From: Mobula hypostoma
Taxonomy: Eukaryota
Length of the DNA stretch: 64,000 nt
Assembly (NCBI RefSeq): GCF_963921235.1
Contig: NC_086097.1
Coordinates: 81,842,001 to 81,906,000, forward strand
Direction of reading: 5' to 3'
A model generated the notes under the pieces. The model saw nothing but the letters and a program-made list of their open reading frames with translations, ran no database searches and was not told where the DNA came from. Position numbers and translations under genes: made by a program. Positions 50,005 to 62,797 of the stretch are shown in pieces. Positions within the stretch are counted from its first letter, which is position 1. The number at the start of each line of letters is the position of its first letter.

Positions 50005-50930
50005 GTGCTCTTTGTAATGTATATAAGTGACCTGGATAAACATTTACACGGGTGGGTGAGTAAGTTTGCAGATGATACAAAGATTGGTGGTGTTGCGGAT
50101 AGCGTAGAAGACTGTCAAAGAATACAGAGAGATGTAGATCAGTTGCAGATATGGGTGGAGAAATGGCAGATGGAGTTTAACCCGGCCAAGTATGAGGTGT
50201 TGCACTTTGGTAAGTCAAATGTAAAAACCCTTAATAGTGTTGATTAGCAGAGGGATCTTGGAATCCAAGTTCGTAGCTCCCTGAGCGAGGCACACAGGCT
50301 GATAGGGTGGATAAGAAGGTGTATGGCATGCTAGCCTTTATTAGTTGAGGCTTTGAGTTGCAAGTCAGGACGTTAAGTTGCTGATTTATAAAACTCCAGT
50401 TAGCCCTCATCTGGAATATTGCTCACAGTTCTGGTTGTCCCATTATAGGAAGGATGTCGAGGCTTTGGAGAGGGAGCAGAAGATGTTTACCAGGATGCTG
50501 CCTGGATTACCGGACATGTGCTACAACAAGATGTTGGACAATCTTGGGTTGTTTTCTCTGGAGCAGCGGAGGCTGAGGGGAGATCTGATAGAAGTTTATA
50601 AGATTATGAGAGGCATAGATAGAGTAGGTAGGCAGTATCTTTTCCCCAGGGTTGAAATGTCCATTGCCAGAGGCCATGCATTTAAGATGAGAGTGTGTAA
50701 TTTTAAAGGCGATGTGACAGGCAAGTTTTTTTTTACTTAAACAGTGATGGGTGACTGGAATGCGTTGCCTAGGGTGGTGGAAGAAGGAGATACATCAGGG
50801 ATTTTTAAGAGACATGAATGTGAGGAAAATGGAGGGATATGGACATTGTGTAGGAATAAGCCACTAGTTTAGTTGGTCATTTGACTTACTCATTATTACT
50901 GTTCCTGTGCTGTACTGTTCTGAGTTCTAA
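50005..50930 (+). mobile_element. CR1 RT 3' fragment
   Basis: VSKFADDTKIGG...WQMEFNPAK; HLEYCSQFW. Confidence 0.9.
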
Positions 50931-51649
50931 CTTCTTTTGATAATGTGGTGGCTTCCTGCAGAGGAACGTGAAGACTCAGTTACCACGGTGACGATGTGGG
51001 ATAACTTGGAGGCCAGGCTAGGTATATCAGGTGTCCTTCCCTTAATAACACTGTACAACAAAAGGATAGTTATAACTGTCCAGTAACTACATGGCTTCCA
51101 TTACCAATCCTTTATTCTATATTTGCTTAACTAAATGTATATAAGTTACTTGGCTGCTATGACTGAACTTGAACCATTGTCTTCAGATCAATGGCTAGCA
51201 GAGTAACTCAACTGGAAAATTTCTGTCCATTTGGGAGTTTCTTTGGAAGAGTTACATTGGAAATGCTCATCTGTTCCACATGTATAGGTAGACCTATTAT
51301 GGACTTTCAGCATTTGATCTAACAAGAAACTAAATTTTGAAAATAGGTCTCCTTTGATCTCTCAGCTCTTTGAAGGTACACACTTCATTTTAGTTTCAGT
51401 AACCAGAAACCAATGCATTGATATGTAACTCCACAGGGTCAGTTGTCCACTTGGCACTTTGCCCAACTCCACTGTCTAGACCTCTAATGTAACAAGCAGA
51501 AAGTGAAGCCATACTAAAGTAGGCAAAGTAATTTAATATTCCAGGATTGTCCGCAGCAACAGATATTGGGCTGTTTATTTTTAATATCCAGCCTCAATCT
51601 TGCTTTCCCACAGTGGAAACTTGTGATCATCAGTCATATTCTCTGAATA

Positions 51650-54196
51650 CGACTGGCAGGGTTTGCAGGACATTACTTCCTACAAGGTGAAACCCAATAG
51701 CATGAATGACAGCGATGCTTCACTACCATATGAACTCAATGCCTCCTATGCCTGCTTTGAAAGGGAAAATGTAACTACAGCTGTGAAGATCCCTGCTGCA
51801 CCCAGTGATGCTCTGATCTCTGACTCAGAGGGAAATGTCTTTAAGGAGGGTGAACCCTCACAAGGTGGCAGGCCCTGATGGAGTACCTGGTAAGGCTCCA
51901 ACCCAGGAATATTCAAGGACATTTTCAACCTCTCACTGCTATGGTCAGAAGTTCCCGCCTGTTTTAAAAAAACAACAATTATACCAGTGCCTAAGAAAGA
52001 AGAGTAGTGTGAGTTGCCTTAATGACTATCACCCAGTGGCACTCACATCTACGGTGATGAAATACTTTGAGACTTTGGTCATGGCTAGAATGAACTCCTG
52101 CCTCAGCAAGGACCTGGACCCACTGCTACTCACCACAGTAGTCTACAGCAGATGCTATCTCAATGGCTCTTCACGTGGTCTTAAATCACCTGGTATGTCA
52201 GTATGTTGTTTGTTGACTATAGCTCAGCATTTAACACCATCCTTCCCACAAGCCTGATCGATAAGCTACAGAACCTGGGCCTCTGTACCCACCTCTGAAA
52301 TTGGATCCTTGACTTCCTAAGTGGAAGACCACAGTCTGTGCGGATTGGTGATAACATCTTCTCCTCGCTGATGATCACCACTGGCTCACCTCAGGAGTAT
52401 GTGTTTAGCCCATTGCTCTACTCTCTCTATACCCATGACTGTGTGGCTAGGCATAGCTCAAATAGCATCTATAAATTTGCTGATGATACAAGCATTGTTG
52501 GTAGAATTTCAGATGGAGATAAGAGAGTGAACAGGAGCGAGATATATCAGCTGGTTGAGTGGTGTTGCTGTGTTACATACCTTGTGGGTGTCTTGTGACT
52601 GTCTTATGACCATGATGTAATTGAGTAACTTGTGAGCATGATGTAATGGTCTTGTGATGGTGGAGTGATGTAATTTTCCCGCCAGTGTGAGGTCACGTGA
52701 TGACACGTTCTCAACAGGTATATAACGGGAAACCCCTGTAGTTATGCAGTTGATTCGTTGTTTAATTTGTCAGTTACTCCATTATGCTGCATATTTGTCT
52801 CATGACGCAGTTTCGTTTCAAAGTGAAGTTTTACTTTCTATTGTAAGTCTAGTATTGGAGAGCGAAGACCTTACTAAAGTACAGGAACCCAAAGGATCGA
52901 GTAAAGTTGGTATCATTTGGCGGTTTAATACAGGATCGACCTTATTGAATCTTCATTCAGAAATAGTGACCTGCATCTGAGGTAACCTCTGTAAGATCAG
53001 GAAGAATTTTGCAGTTATCATTCACCAGGAAAAGGTCAGTTCCTCTAAGCTGTTTTATTTCCTTCGTCGTGAATCCTTTGGAGAATCAGCCGTAACGTCA
53101 TGTATTCAAAGAAATCCGTTTCCAGAGAAGTCTCTCCTTATTGACTGTGTAAATCACTTGGACTTTTGAATTTACCATTTTAAGTCTGTGTTCGAATTTA
53201 CCACTTTAAGTCTGCTTTTGAATTTACCACTTTAAGAACTGTTCCAGAGTTGCCGTATAGCAGTTAACTTCCAGTTAAGTTAGTCGCTTGAATAATTTTT
53301 GCCATTGTTGAGCAGAGTTTAATAAATGTTTATGTTTGTTTTTTTAAAACCTGACTCAATTCTAAATTCATTGTTGCTGGTCACGTGACAGCAACAACAA
53401 CCTTGCACGCAATGTCAGTAAGACCAAAGAGTTGATTGTGCACTTCATGAAGTGTCAGATGAAGGAACATATACCAATCCTCATAGAGGGATCAGATGTG
53501 GAGGGAGTGAGCAATTTCAAGTTCCTGCATGTCAAGATCTCTGAGGATCTAACCTGGTCCCAACATATCAAATCAGCTATAAGGAAGGCAAGACAGTGAC
53601 TATGTTTCATTAGGAGTTTGAAGAGATTTGGTTTGTCACCTAAAACACTCAAAAACTTCTATTCAAGTACTGTGGAGAGCACTCTGAAAGGCTGCATCAC
53701 TGTCTGTTATGGGGGGATGGGATGCTATTGCACTGGACTGAACGAAGCTACTGAAAACTGTTAGGTTATTCAGCTCTATTTTGGGTTCTAGCCTCCATAG
53801 TATCCAAGACATTTTCAAGGAGCACTGCCTCAGAAAGGCAATGTCCATTATTAAGGACCTCCAGCACCCAGCGCATGCCCTCTTCTCACTGTTAACATCA
53901 GGGAGGAGGTACAGAAGCCTGAAGGCACACACTCAGTGATTCAGGAACAGCTTCTTCCCCTCTGCCATCTGATTCCTAAATGGACATTGAATCCCATAAA
54001 CACTATCTGCCCTTTTTTTAGTATATGTTATTTCCGTTTTTGCAGTATTTTTAATCTATTTAATGAACATATATTTACTTACTGTAATTGATTTCCTTAT
54101 TTTTTTCTATATTATCAGGTATTTCATTGAACTGCTGCTGCTGAGTTAAAAAATTTCACGATGCATGCCGGTGATAATAAACCTGATTCTGATTCC
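51650..54196 (+). mobile_element. Degraded Rex1/Babar LINE interrupted by a solo LTR
   Basis: [33 protein letters not shown]...KFADD; tail aataaacctgattctgatt. Confidence 0.9.
52571..53390 (+). mobile_element. Solo LTR (820 bp)
   Basis: TGTTAC...GTGACA termini, TATATAA at ~52719, AATAAA at 53321, three GAATTTACCA(C/T)TTTAAG repeats (53168-53237). Imperfect 4-bp TSD (GCTG/GCAA); Rex1 resumes afterwards. Confidence 0.8.
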
Positions 54197-55067
54197 GAAC
54201 CACTCTCACATAATTGACCTCACAATCCGCTCCATTCCGAGTTATCCCTTTTCTTTACTGACACCTCTCCCCTCCTCAAAAACTGCTCACTCACCCCGAT
54301 CCAGGTAACCATCACCCTCAGTCACAAATAATTATCCCCCAGGCCTTCACCTTGCTCATAACCTTCTTCAGATCAGATTCTTTCCCGCAAAAAAAAAGCA
54401 ATGGAAAATGTTCCAAGTGATAATCTCCTCACAATATTCAGCTGTGAGGAGGCATTGCAAATGTTGTCCTGAAAGGGAAAAACCAATCAGCAGAAAGGTC
54501 AGCTCATGTATTTAATTTAGATCGTATTTCCAAATAGCAGAACAGGCTTAAAGAAAATGGTTCCCCTGGGTGAGGTAAAATTTATCCCACAGTATTAAGA
54601 AAAATGGAGACAGAGTTCCTGAAGTGTTGACCAACAATGAGCAAGCCACCTGACAATGGAGGGGTACTGCTGTGAAGCTAAACCTGTTCATGTACTCAAA
54701 AAAGATAATAAAACCAACAAAGGCAACTCCAAGTATAGTGTAAAGTAACTGCAACTTACCTGAATATCTATTTTGCTTCGTCATTTCAGCAGCTTGGAAA
54801 AGTGACAGCATTAGACCTATTGCTGGTGTGCTTTTTTAAAAAATATGTATTCTTTGTTTTGGACAAAAGAGGCAAGACTGCTTGCACTTGAAGCAGTGGG
54901 AGCTTTGATGGCTGTTGCGCAATGCAGCCTTATCATTATATGCCAAGAGTCTCAAGTAGACCAAACCAAGTAAGGATGGAAGATTTCCCTTCCCAAAGTA
55001 TCTTTAGGATTTTATTTAGGATTTAGGATCTTTAGGATTAAGAGGATTTTATAATGTTCCAGAGGTT

Positions 55068-55850
55068 CGAATAGACTCTTCTCGGGCTTCTAACCAGGTA
55101 CAGGTATTGATTTTACCCGACGTTGCAATGACGAACTCAGACATCTTCATCAGGGATGATGCCTGGGCATGTCTAGTCTGGTGGTATTTATACCACATTG
55201 TCCATTCCTCCTGATTGGTTAGTCGTCATCCAATCAGTTTTTTGCTGTCCCACATTGTTTACAATCGAATTGTGGATTAACACCATCCACACAACCATAA
55301 GGAATCTCAAATCACAGTTTATGCAGGTCAAAGATGTGTTTACAGGATTCTCTCTGAATGGGGAGCAGCATATATCAGCCAGATGGGACACAGTGTGGAA
55401 ATCCGCATCAAGGAGCACAGCAGGTGTATTCGTTTGGGTTACCCAGAGAAATCGGCAGTAGCAGAACATTGCATTCACAATGGCCGTAGGATTGACTTTG
55501 ATGGCACAAAACTACTGTGCCATGCCATTAGCTTTTGGGGGCACCTGGTGAAGGAAGCCATTTAAAATAAAACTAGAGGAAAAGAATTTTAACAAACACA
55601 AACGTCTCGCTCTAAGTAAGAACTGGAATTCGATTGTTAACAAAAAGGGACAGCAGAAACCTGATTGAATGAGGACTAACTAATCAGGAGGAATGGACTA
55701 GGGGGCTATAAATACCACTGGACTAGACATGCCCTAGCATCATCCTTGATGAAGATGGCAGAATTTGTCATTGAAATGTTGGTTAAAATCGATACCTGTA
55801 CTCAGCTGAAAGCCCAAGAAGAGCTTATTCGTCATATACACCAGGAAAGC
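55068..55850 (+). mobile_element. Penelope-like element (Poseidon-type GIY-YIG 3' end) with inverted terminal repeats
   Basis: RIKEHSRCIRLGYPEKSAVAEHC...LVKEAI (55383-55565); 55068-55271 is an inverted copy of 55627-55831. Confidence 0.85.
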
Positions 55851-56319
55851 ACTAGATACTTTTCCCAGAAGTTCCATGATATTCATATTTTTAGATTATT
55901 TAATTAACTGTATTAAAACCCATCAACTGCAAAGGTGCAATTTGCACTCTTGTCTCCAGATTCTTAAATAATCCAGAAAATAAACCCCAATGTTATTGTG
56001 CCCTTGATACTTCAACTTCCAGCAGGCATTTGCAGGATGCCATATCTGTAAGGTCATCAATTCACCTCAAAGGTATAGAGGATCAGATGAACTGGTGTCC
56101 ATGGCTGGTTCCTTGATTTGGTAATAGGATGACTATTGCTTTTAATTTACCTCAGTGATCTAGATCCAGAATGTTACTTTAAATTCATCAGCTTTTCAAA
56201 CAATATCAAAGATGAAGTGGCAATGGAGTCTCAGGAGGAGCCTAAAAGTTGCAAGATGAATCACATAAAATATGTGAAACAATCATTCACAAATTAAGCC
56301 CAAACTGGTGTTACTTCAA

Positions 56320-56905
56320 AGTTTAAAGTTCAAAGTAAATGCATTATCAAATGACATACATGTCACCATATATAAACCAGAAATTCATTTACTTGCAGGC
56401 ATTCAGAGTAAATCCAAAAGATCACAAGGGAATCAATGAAAGACTGCACCTACCTGGACAAACAATAGATCAGCAAAAGACAATAAACTGTGCAAAAACA
56501 AAAAAGAAAAATAATAATGATAATAAATAATTAAGCAATAAATATCAATAACATGAGATGACGAGCTCTTGAAAGTCCTGACGAAGGGTCTCGGCCTGAA
56601 ACGTCGACTGCGCCTCTTCCTATAGATGCTGCCTGGCCTGATGCGTTCACCAGCAACTTTGATGTATGTAGCTCTTGAAAGTCCATAGGTTGTGGGAATA
56701 ATTTAGTGAACGGGTGAGTGAAGTTATCTCTTCTGGTTCACGAGACTGATAGCTGAGGAGTAATAACTATTCCTGAACCTGCTGATATGGACCTGAGGCT
56801 TCTTTACCTTGTATGTGATGGCAGCAGCAAGAAGAGAGTATGACCTGGATGGTGGGGTTCCTTGATAATGGATCGTGGTTTCCTGTTACAGCGCTCCATG
56901 TAGAT
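56320..56905 (-). mobile_element. Older Rex1 3' end (continues ~57880-57910), hosting two younger insertions
   Basis: Tail aaagtttaaagttcaaagtaaat; host text ctccatgtagat|gtgctt rejoins across the insert. Confidence 0.7.
56574..56609 (+). ncRNA. Minimal type I hammerhead ribozyme motif, intact core, on a 91-bp insertion
   Basis: AGTC-CTGACGA-AGG(GTCTCGG)CCT-GAAA-CG-TC-GACT, identical to 23062-23097. Confidence 0.8.
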
Positions 56906-57877
56906 ACTTTATACTTTATACTTTATTGCCGCCAAACAATTGATACTAGAACGTACAATCATCACAGCGATATTTGATTCTGCGCTTCCCGCTCCCTGGA
57001 TTACAAATATTAAATATTAAAAATAGTAAAAATTTGTAAATATTAAAAATTTAAATTATAAATCATAAATAGAAAATAGAAAAATGGAAAGTAAGGGGGT
57101 GCAAAAAAACCGAGAGGCAGGTCCGGATATTTGGAGGGTACGGCCCAGATCTGGGTCAGGATCCGTTCAGCAGTGTTATCACAGTTGGAAAGAAGCTGTT
57201 CTCAAATCTGGCCGTACGAGTCTTCAAGCTCCTGAGCCTTCTCCCAGAGGGAAGAGGGACAAAAAGTGTGTTGGCTGGGTGGGTCGTGTCCTTGATTATC
57301 CTGGCAGTACTGCTCTGACAGCATGCAGTGTAAATTGAGTCCAAGGACGGGAGATTGGTTTGTGTGATGTGCTGCGCCATGTTCATGATCTTCTGCAGCT
57401 TCTTTTGGTCTTGGACAAGACAACTTCCATACCAGATTGTGATACACCCTAGAAGAATGCTTTCTACAGTGCATCTATAAAAATTTTTCAAGGTTTTAGG
57501 GGGCAGGCCAAATTTCTTTAGCTTTCTCAGGAAGTAAAGGCGCTGGTGGGCCTTCTTGGCAGTGAACTCTGCTTGGTTGGACCAAGTCAGGTCATTTGTG
57601 ATATTGACCCTGAGGAACTTAAAGCTTTTGACCTGTTCCACTTGCGCACCACCGATGTAAATTGGGTCGTGCGGTCCGCTACTCCTTCTGAAGTCAACAA
57701 CCAATTCCTTCGTCTTGCTGACGTTGAGGGATAGGTTATTGTCTTCACACCATGCCACCAGGTTCTTAATTTCCTCCCTGTACTCAAACTCATCATTACC
57801 TGAGATACGGCCTACAATTGTTTCGTCATCAGCAAATTTATATATTGAGTTTGATGGAAACTTGGCTACACAATCTA
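56906..57877 (-). mobile_element. Young 5'-truncated Rex1/Babar LINE with an open RT C-terminal frame
   Basis: [17 protein letters not shown]...LNVSKTKELVVDFRR...NSFFP uninterrupted to the stop at 57156; (TAAAGTA)3 tail; CpG-rich. Confidence 0.92.
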
Positions 57878-59599
57878 CTAAGATGTGCTTAGTGGTGGGG
57901 GGCGGGGGACAGTATTCAATGTCCATCTCTGTGTGTGACGCTGGGAGCAGCCTGTAGACCAGTGAGTCCTCTGTGGCGAAGCTGCTCAGGGTGAACCACG
58001 ACACATGCCCTTGCAGAATATGGCATTTGCAAGCCACTTCACACTTTGTCTTCCTTGGTGATAGAGGACGTGGGTGGAAAGCTGCTGCAGGAACAAACGG
58101 AGCGTAGTAGAGTCGCAGTGAAGTGCTGGAGGAAAGAATGAGTACTTTGCATAATGAATGAAGTAACATACAAGAGTGCTTTGTTCAAGAGAGTGCTAAA
58201 CTTGTTGACTGCTGTTGGAATTGCAGACATTCGAAAAAGTAGAGAACGTACATTCACAATCCTGATTTGTGTCATGTAGATGACAGAAAGGCTTTGGGGT
58301 CTCAGATGAACAACTCACCACCTGATCTCAGATTTCTGATCTTGTCTGTAGCCATAGTGTTAAGGAGCTCCATTTGAGCTTCTGTCTCATGTTAATGCTG
58401 GGGTATTAACAGTAGATTCCCAGTGAATGATAAGGAAGGTGGTTAAATAAAGATTGGAGCATTCCTACTATACATGATCAAAATATAAATTGATATATAA
58501 ATGAATGTGCTAATTTCTCAAAATGGTAACATCTGATATATTTTATTCACTATTTGTGGGAATTACAATCCAAATACACTACAATAAATTATTTCTGGGC
58601 TGGAGCATATGAGTACTGGTTCGATCATCAGTGAAAAAACCTCATCAATCAATGAAAATTTTACTTAGATCTCTAGTATAAAATGTAGGACTTTCAGGGC
58701 TTTACAGGTTATGTTGTGGAGATGCTGGTTCAGAATTAGCTTAGATCACATTAGCCTTTCAGCTGCAAGAGTTCAGAGGCCGTGTTCTAGGCAATGAGGG
58801 ACTCATGAAAGTGTCCGAATATCCCTATGAAGCTATATTCCCATACATCATATTCCAACAAATATCCCACAAAATAGGTACAGTATGTGTTCAAAAGTAC
58901 AGAGAACAAAGGGAATTCATTGTCGATATACAGTTTAATTTCATGAAACTTATCAAGCCAACTGATCCAAGAATGCTGAAAAAAAATCACAAACCTGTAA
59001 ATACCTTCAAAGGAAAAGAAAGATTAACATTTTCAATGCAATTCTTCATGAGAAACTTTCTACACACAACCTGCATTTTCTGATTTTCTATAATTAATTG
59101 TGCAGATGGTAGTTTCGTTCAAATGTTGTTGCATTTGGATTGGTAGCCCGGAGGGGCTAGATTGGAGACATGGTTTTTATCCTTAGCATGGGAGCTGGGG
59201 AACTGAATTTGGTTGGTTAAATAAATATGGAACAAAGAATGAGTTTCAGTTGAGAAGGCTGGTAGATTGTTGTTTGCTTTAATCTCTTACACTTTCCCTG
59301 GTGCTCAGGATGTAATTTTTACTGTGCTAGATATAATACAAACGTTTGTAGGTGTTGATCAGGCATCCACACTGTCTGACTAGTCTGTAACAGTGAGCCT
59401 GAGCTCACAGAATACCCTACCTCTAGTTCCCACTCTCTGCCTTCTTGGAAGCTGGACCTCATCTATATTGTACTGTATCATGAATCCATTTTCTGTATAT
59501 AGAATACTGTGCCGTTTATTTCTGATGACTCAAAGGAAATTATTATTTTACATTCTCATTTACATTGATTGATTATAACCACCTCCTTAAAGTGGGATA

Positions 59600-59985
59600 T
59601 TGAGTTGCAGAGCCATAGAGCAATACAGCACGAAAACAGGCCATATGGCCCAGCTTACGCCTGCTGACCAAAATGTCCATTTAAGCTAGTTCCACTTGCC
59701 TGCATTTGATACATCCCCCTCTAAATCTTTCCTATCCATGTACCTGTCCAAATCTCTTTTAAAAATAGTTGCTGTACCTGCCTCGAGCAGTTCTTCTGGC
59801 AACTGATTCCTAATACACATCACTTTTTGTGGCAGCAGTGTATTGCAATACATAATAATAAAAAACTATAAATTGCAATGAGAAGTATATATAAAAAAAT
59901 AAACTTAAGTTACCCCTTGGGTACCTTTTATTTTTCCCCCTCAAACCTTAAATCTACACCCTTCAGTTTTTGATTCACTGGGAAA
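59600..59985 (-). mobile_element. CR1 3' UTR fragments
   Basis: cctatccatgtacctgtccaaat...; cctcaaaccttaaatctacaccc. Confidence 0.65.
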
Positions 59986-59993
59986 AAGAGTGT

Positions 59994-60760
59994 TGTTGTG
60001 ACTGAGAATGAAGTCACCACAAAGGCACTGAAGCTGGTGATATAGACGTCTTTATTCATCACAAAAAACAGGCATTTTTCTAGAGATCCTCCCAGTGGAG
60101 TCTCACAAATCCAAAGGTACATCACATTTTTATACCCTTAAGATTCAGCACCTTTTTCAGCACCTAAGTTACAGAGAAAGGTTGAACAAGTTGGGTCTTT
60201 ATTCTTTGGAGCGTAGAAGGTTGAGGGGGGACTTGATAGAGGTATTTAAAATTATGAGGGGGATAGTTAGAGTTGATGTGGATAGGCTTTTTCTATTGAG
60301 AGTGGGGGAGATTCAAACAAGAGGACATGAGTTGAGAGTTAGGGGGAAAATGTTTAGGGGTAACATGAAGGGGAACTTCTTTACTCAGAGAGTGGTAGCT
60401 GTGTGGAACAAGCTTCCAGCAGAAGTGGTTGAGGCAGGTTTGATATTGTCATTTAAAGTAAATTGGGTAGCAATATGGACAGGAAAGGAATGGAGGGTTA
60501 TGGGCTGAGTGCAGGTCGGTGAGACTAGGTGAGAGTAAGCGTTTGGCAGGGACTAGAAGGGCCGAGATGGCCTGTTTCCATGCTGTAATTGTTATATGGT
60601 TATATAGTTATAAGATCAAGGTACAATACAATTTCAATAGTTACAATGACATTGTTTACTTCAATACTTCTGGTTGACAATGCTTCCTTTGAATGACATA
60701 CCAACAGTGGTAGACACCCCTGAATGTTCAAACACCGCTTCTGGGACAAAATAATTGACA
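59994..60760 (-). mobile_element. Possible solo LTR split by a CR1 insertion
   Basis: TG...CA ends; minus-strand TATAAA (~60130) and AATAAA (~60051); TAAGAT flanks the CR1. No LTR TSD seen. Confidence 0.35.
60160..60610 (+). mobile_element. CR1 3' fragment
   Basis: LSYRERLNKLGLYSLERRRLRGDLIEVFKI; tail gttatatggttatat. Confidence 0.9.
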
Positions 60761-60769
60761 CTTCATTTA

Positions 60770-61015
60770 CTTGTTATTTGCCATGCAATATGATGTGGGC
60801 GATCATGATCTTTTGACCATGATTGTTCTTGGGAATTCTTTTCTACAGAAGTGAGTTCCATTCCCTTCTTCTGGCCAATGGCTTTAAAAGACAGGTGAAT
60901 ACAGCCACAATCAATACGCTTCAGAGATTGTCTGCCTGGCATCAGTGGTTGCATAACCAGGACTTGCAATATGCACCAACCGTTCACGCAACCATCCACC
61001 ACCTGCTCCCAGGTC
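60770..61015 (-). repeat. RTE/BovB-related SINE remnant
   Basis: Minus strand AGAAGAAGGGAATGGAACTCACTTCTGTAG...CCAAGAACAATCATGG resembles the Bov-A/Sauria-type segment. Confidence 0.5.
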
Positions 61016-61439
61016 ACCCAATTATGGACACAGACATTCTAAGAATCTCTGAGTGAAGAGAGCTAGACGCACAAAATTAATGTTTGTGTGAGCTGACACT
61101 CTGAGTACACAAAAGATCATCTATTTGTTGTGCTAAGCAATAGCATCAATCTGGTCTGCAATCTTCTTTGGACTTGTTTACAATATTGCAAATAATTTAA
61201 GCTCATAATTGCCTGGTTTATGTAGGACAATTAACACAACCTCATTGTCTTAATGTTTGGCGAATCGTTCATGGTCACCATTTTGCAAACCATATCTCTT
61301 GCTCCAGTGCAAACAGCGTCTATTTGCAAAGGAGTGCTTTTAACGTCAATTTACTGCTTGCAATTTACAATTTACTTTAAGAACTGAAGACTGGTTCTTG
61401 ATTGAATTAATGTTTGCTATATTCACATAACTCCAGAAT

Positions 61440-62797
61440 ACTCCCTAACTCTGTGTGCATTCACTCTACTTATGTCCTCTTGATTTCAAACACCTCTGTA
61501 AAGTCATCCCTAATCTCTTGTACTCCAATGAATGAAATCTTGTCTGCCCACCACTCCCTATAAATCAGTCTCTTGAGTTCTGTCAACAATCTCGTTAATC
61601 TTCTTTCAACTCTTTTCAACCTGATGACATCTTTCCAAGAAGACCATAAGACCATAAGACACAGGAGCAGAATTTGGCCATTTGGCACATTGAGTCTGCT
61701 CCACCATTCAATCCTTTTTTCCCCTCCTCAACCCCATATCCTTGGCCTTCTCCCTGTAATCTTTGATGCCTTGGTCAATCAAGTATCTATCAATCTCTGC
61801 CTTAAATACACTCAATGAGCTGGCCTCCACAGCCGGTTGTGGCAACAAATTCCACGAATTCACCACCCTCTGGCTAAAGGAATTTCTCCACATTTCTGTT
61901 TTAAATGGATATCCCTCTCTCCTGAGGCTGTTCCCTCTTGTCCTAGACTCCCCCACCATGGGAAATATCATTTCCACGTCTACTCTGTCTAGGCCTTTCA
62001 AATTCAAAAGGTTTCAATGAGATCCCCCCCATCCTTTTAAATTCCAGCGAGTACAGACCCAGAGCCATCAGACATTCCTCATATGATAACCCTTCCATTC
62101 CCAGAATCATCCTTGTGAACTGCCTCTAGACCCTCTCCAAAGTCAGCACTTCTTTTCTTAGATGAGGAACCCAAAACTGTTCACAATACTCAAGGTGAGG
62201 CCTCACTAGTGTCTTATAAAGCCTCAGCATCACATCCCAGCTCTTGTATTCTAGACCTCTTGAAATGAATGCTAACATTGCATTTGCATTCCTCACCTGC
62301 GAGTTAACCTTTAGGGTGTTCTGCACAAGGACTCCCAAGTCCTTTTGCATCTCAAATCTTTGGCTTTTCTTCCCATTTAGAAAATAGTCCGCACATTTAT
62401 TTCTACTACCAAAGTGCATGACCATGCATTTTCCAACATTGTATTTCATTTGCCACTTTCTTGCCCATTCTCCTAATCTGTCCAAGTTCTTCTGCAGCCT
62501 ACCTGTTTCCTCAACTCTACCTGCCCTTCCACCAATCTTCATATCATCTGAAAACTTGGCAACAAAGCCATCAATTCCATTATCCAAATCATTGACAAAA
62601 ATGTAAAAAGATGCAGTCCCAACACCGACCCCTGCGGAACACCACTAGTCACTGGTAGCCAACCAGAAAAGGGTCCTTTTATTCCTACTCACTCCCTCCT
62701 ACCAATCAGCCAATGCTCTAACTGTTTTAGTAACTTTCCTGTCATACCATGGGCTCTTAACTTGGTATGCAGTATCATGTGTGGCACCTGGTCAAAG
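61440..62797 (-). mobile_element. CR1 RT 3' fragments (older 61440-61640; younger 61640-62797)
   Basis: FVAKFSDDMKIGG...WQMKYNVGKC...HLEYCEQFW; tail tcttatggtcttatggtc. Confidence 0.9.

Noticed and set aside
53168..53237. Three 17-bp repeats with short spacers
   Set aside because: Spacers are only ~9-11 nt and similar to each other; ordinary LTR tandem repeats.
57156..58169. 337-aa ORF as a host gene or fusion protein
   Set aside because: The C-terminal ~240 aa is Rex1 RT; the N-terminal part is chance read-through into flank and older repeat.
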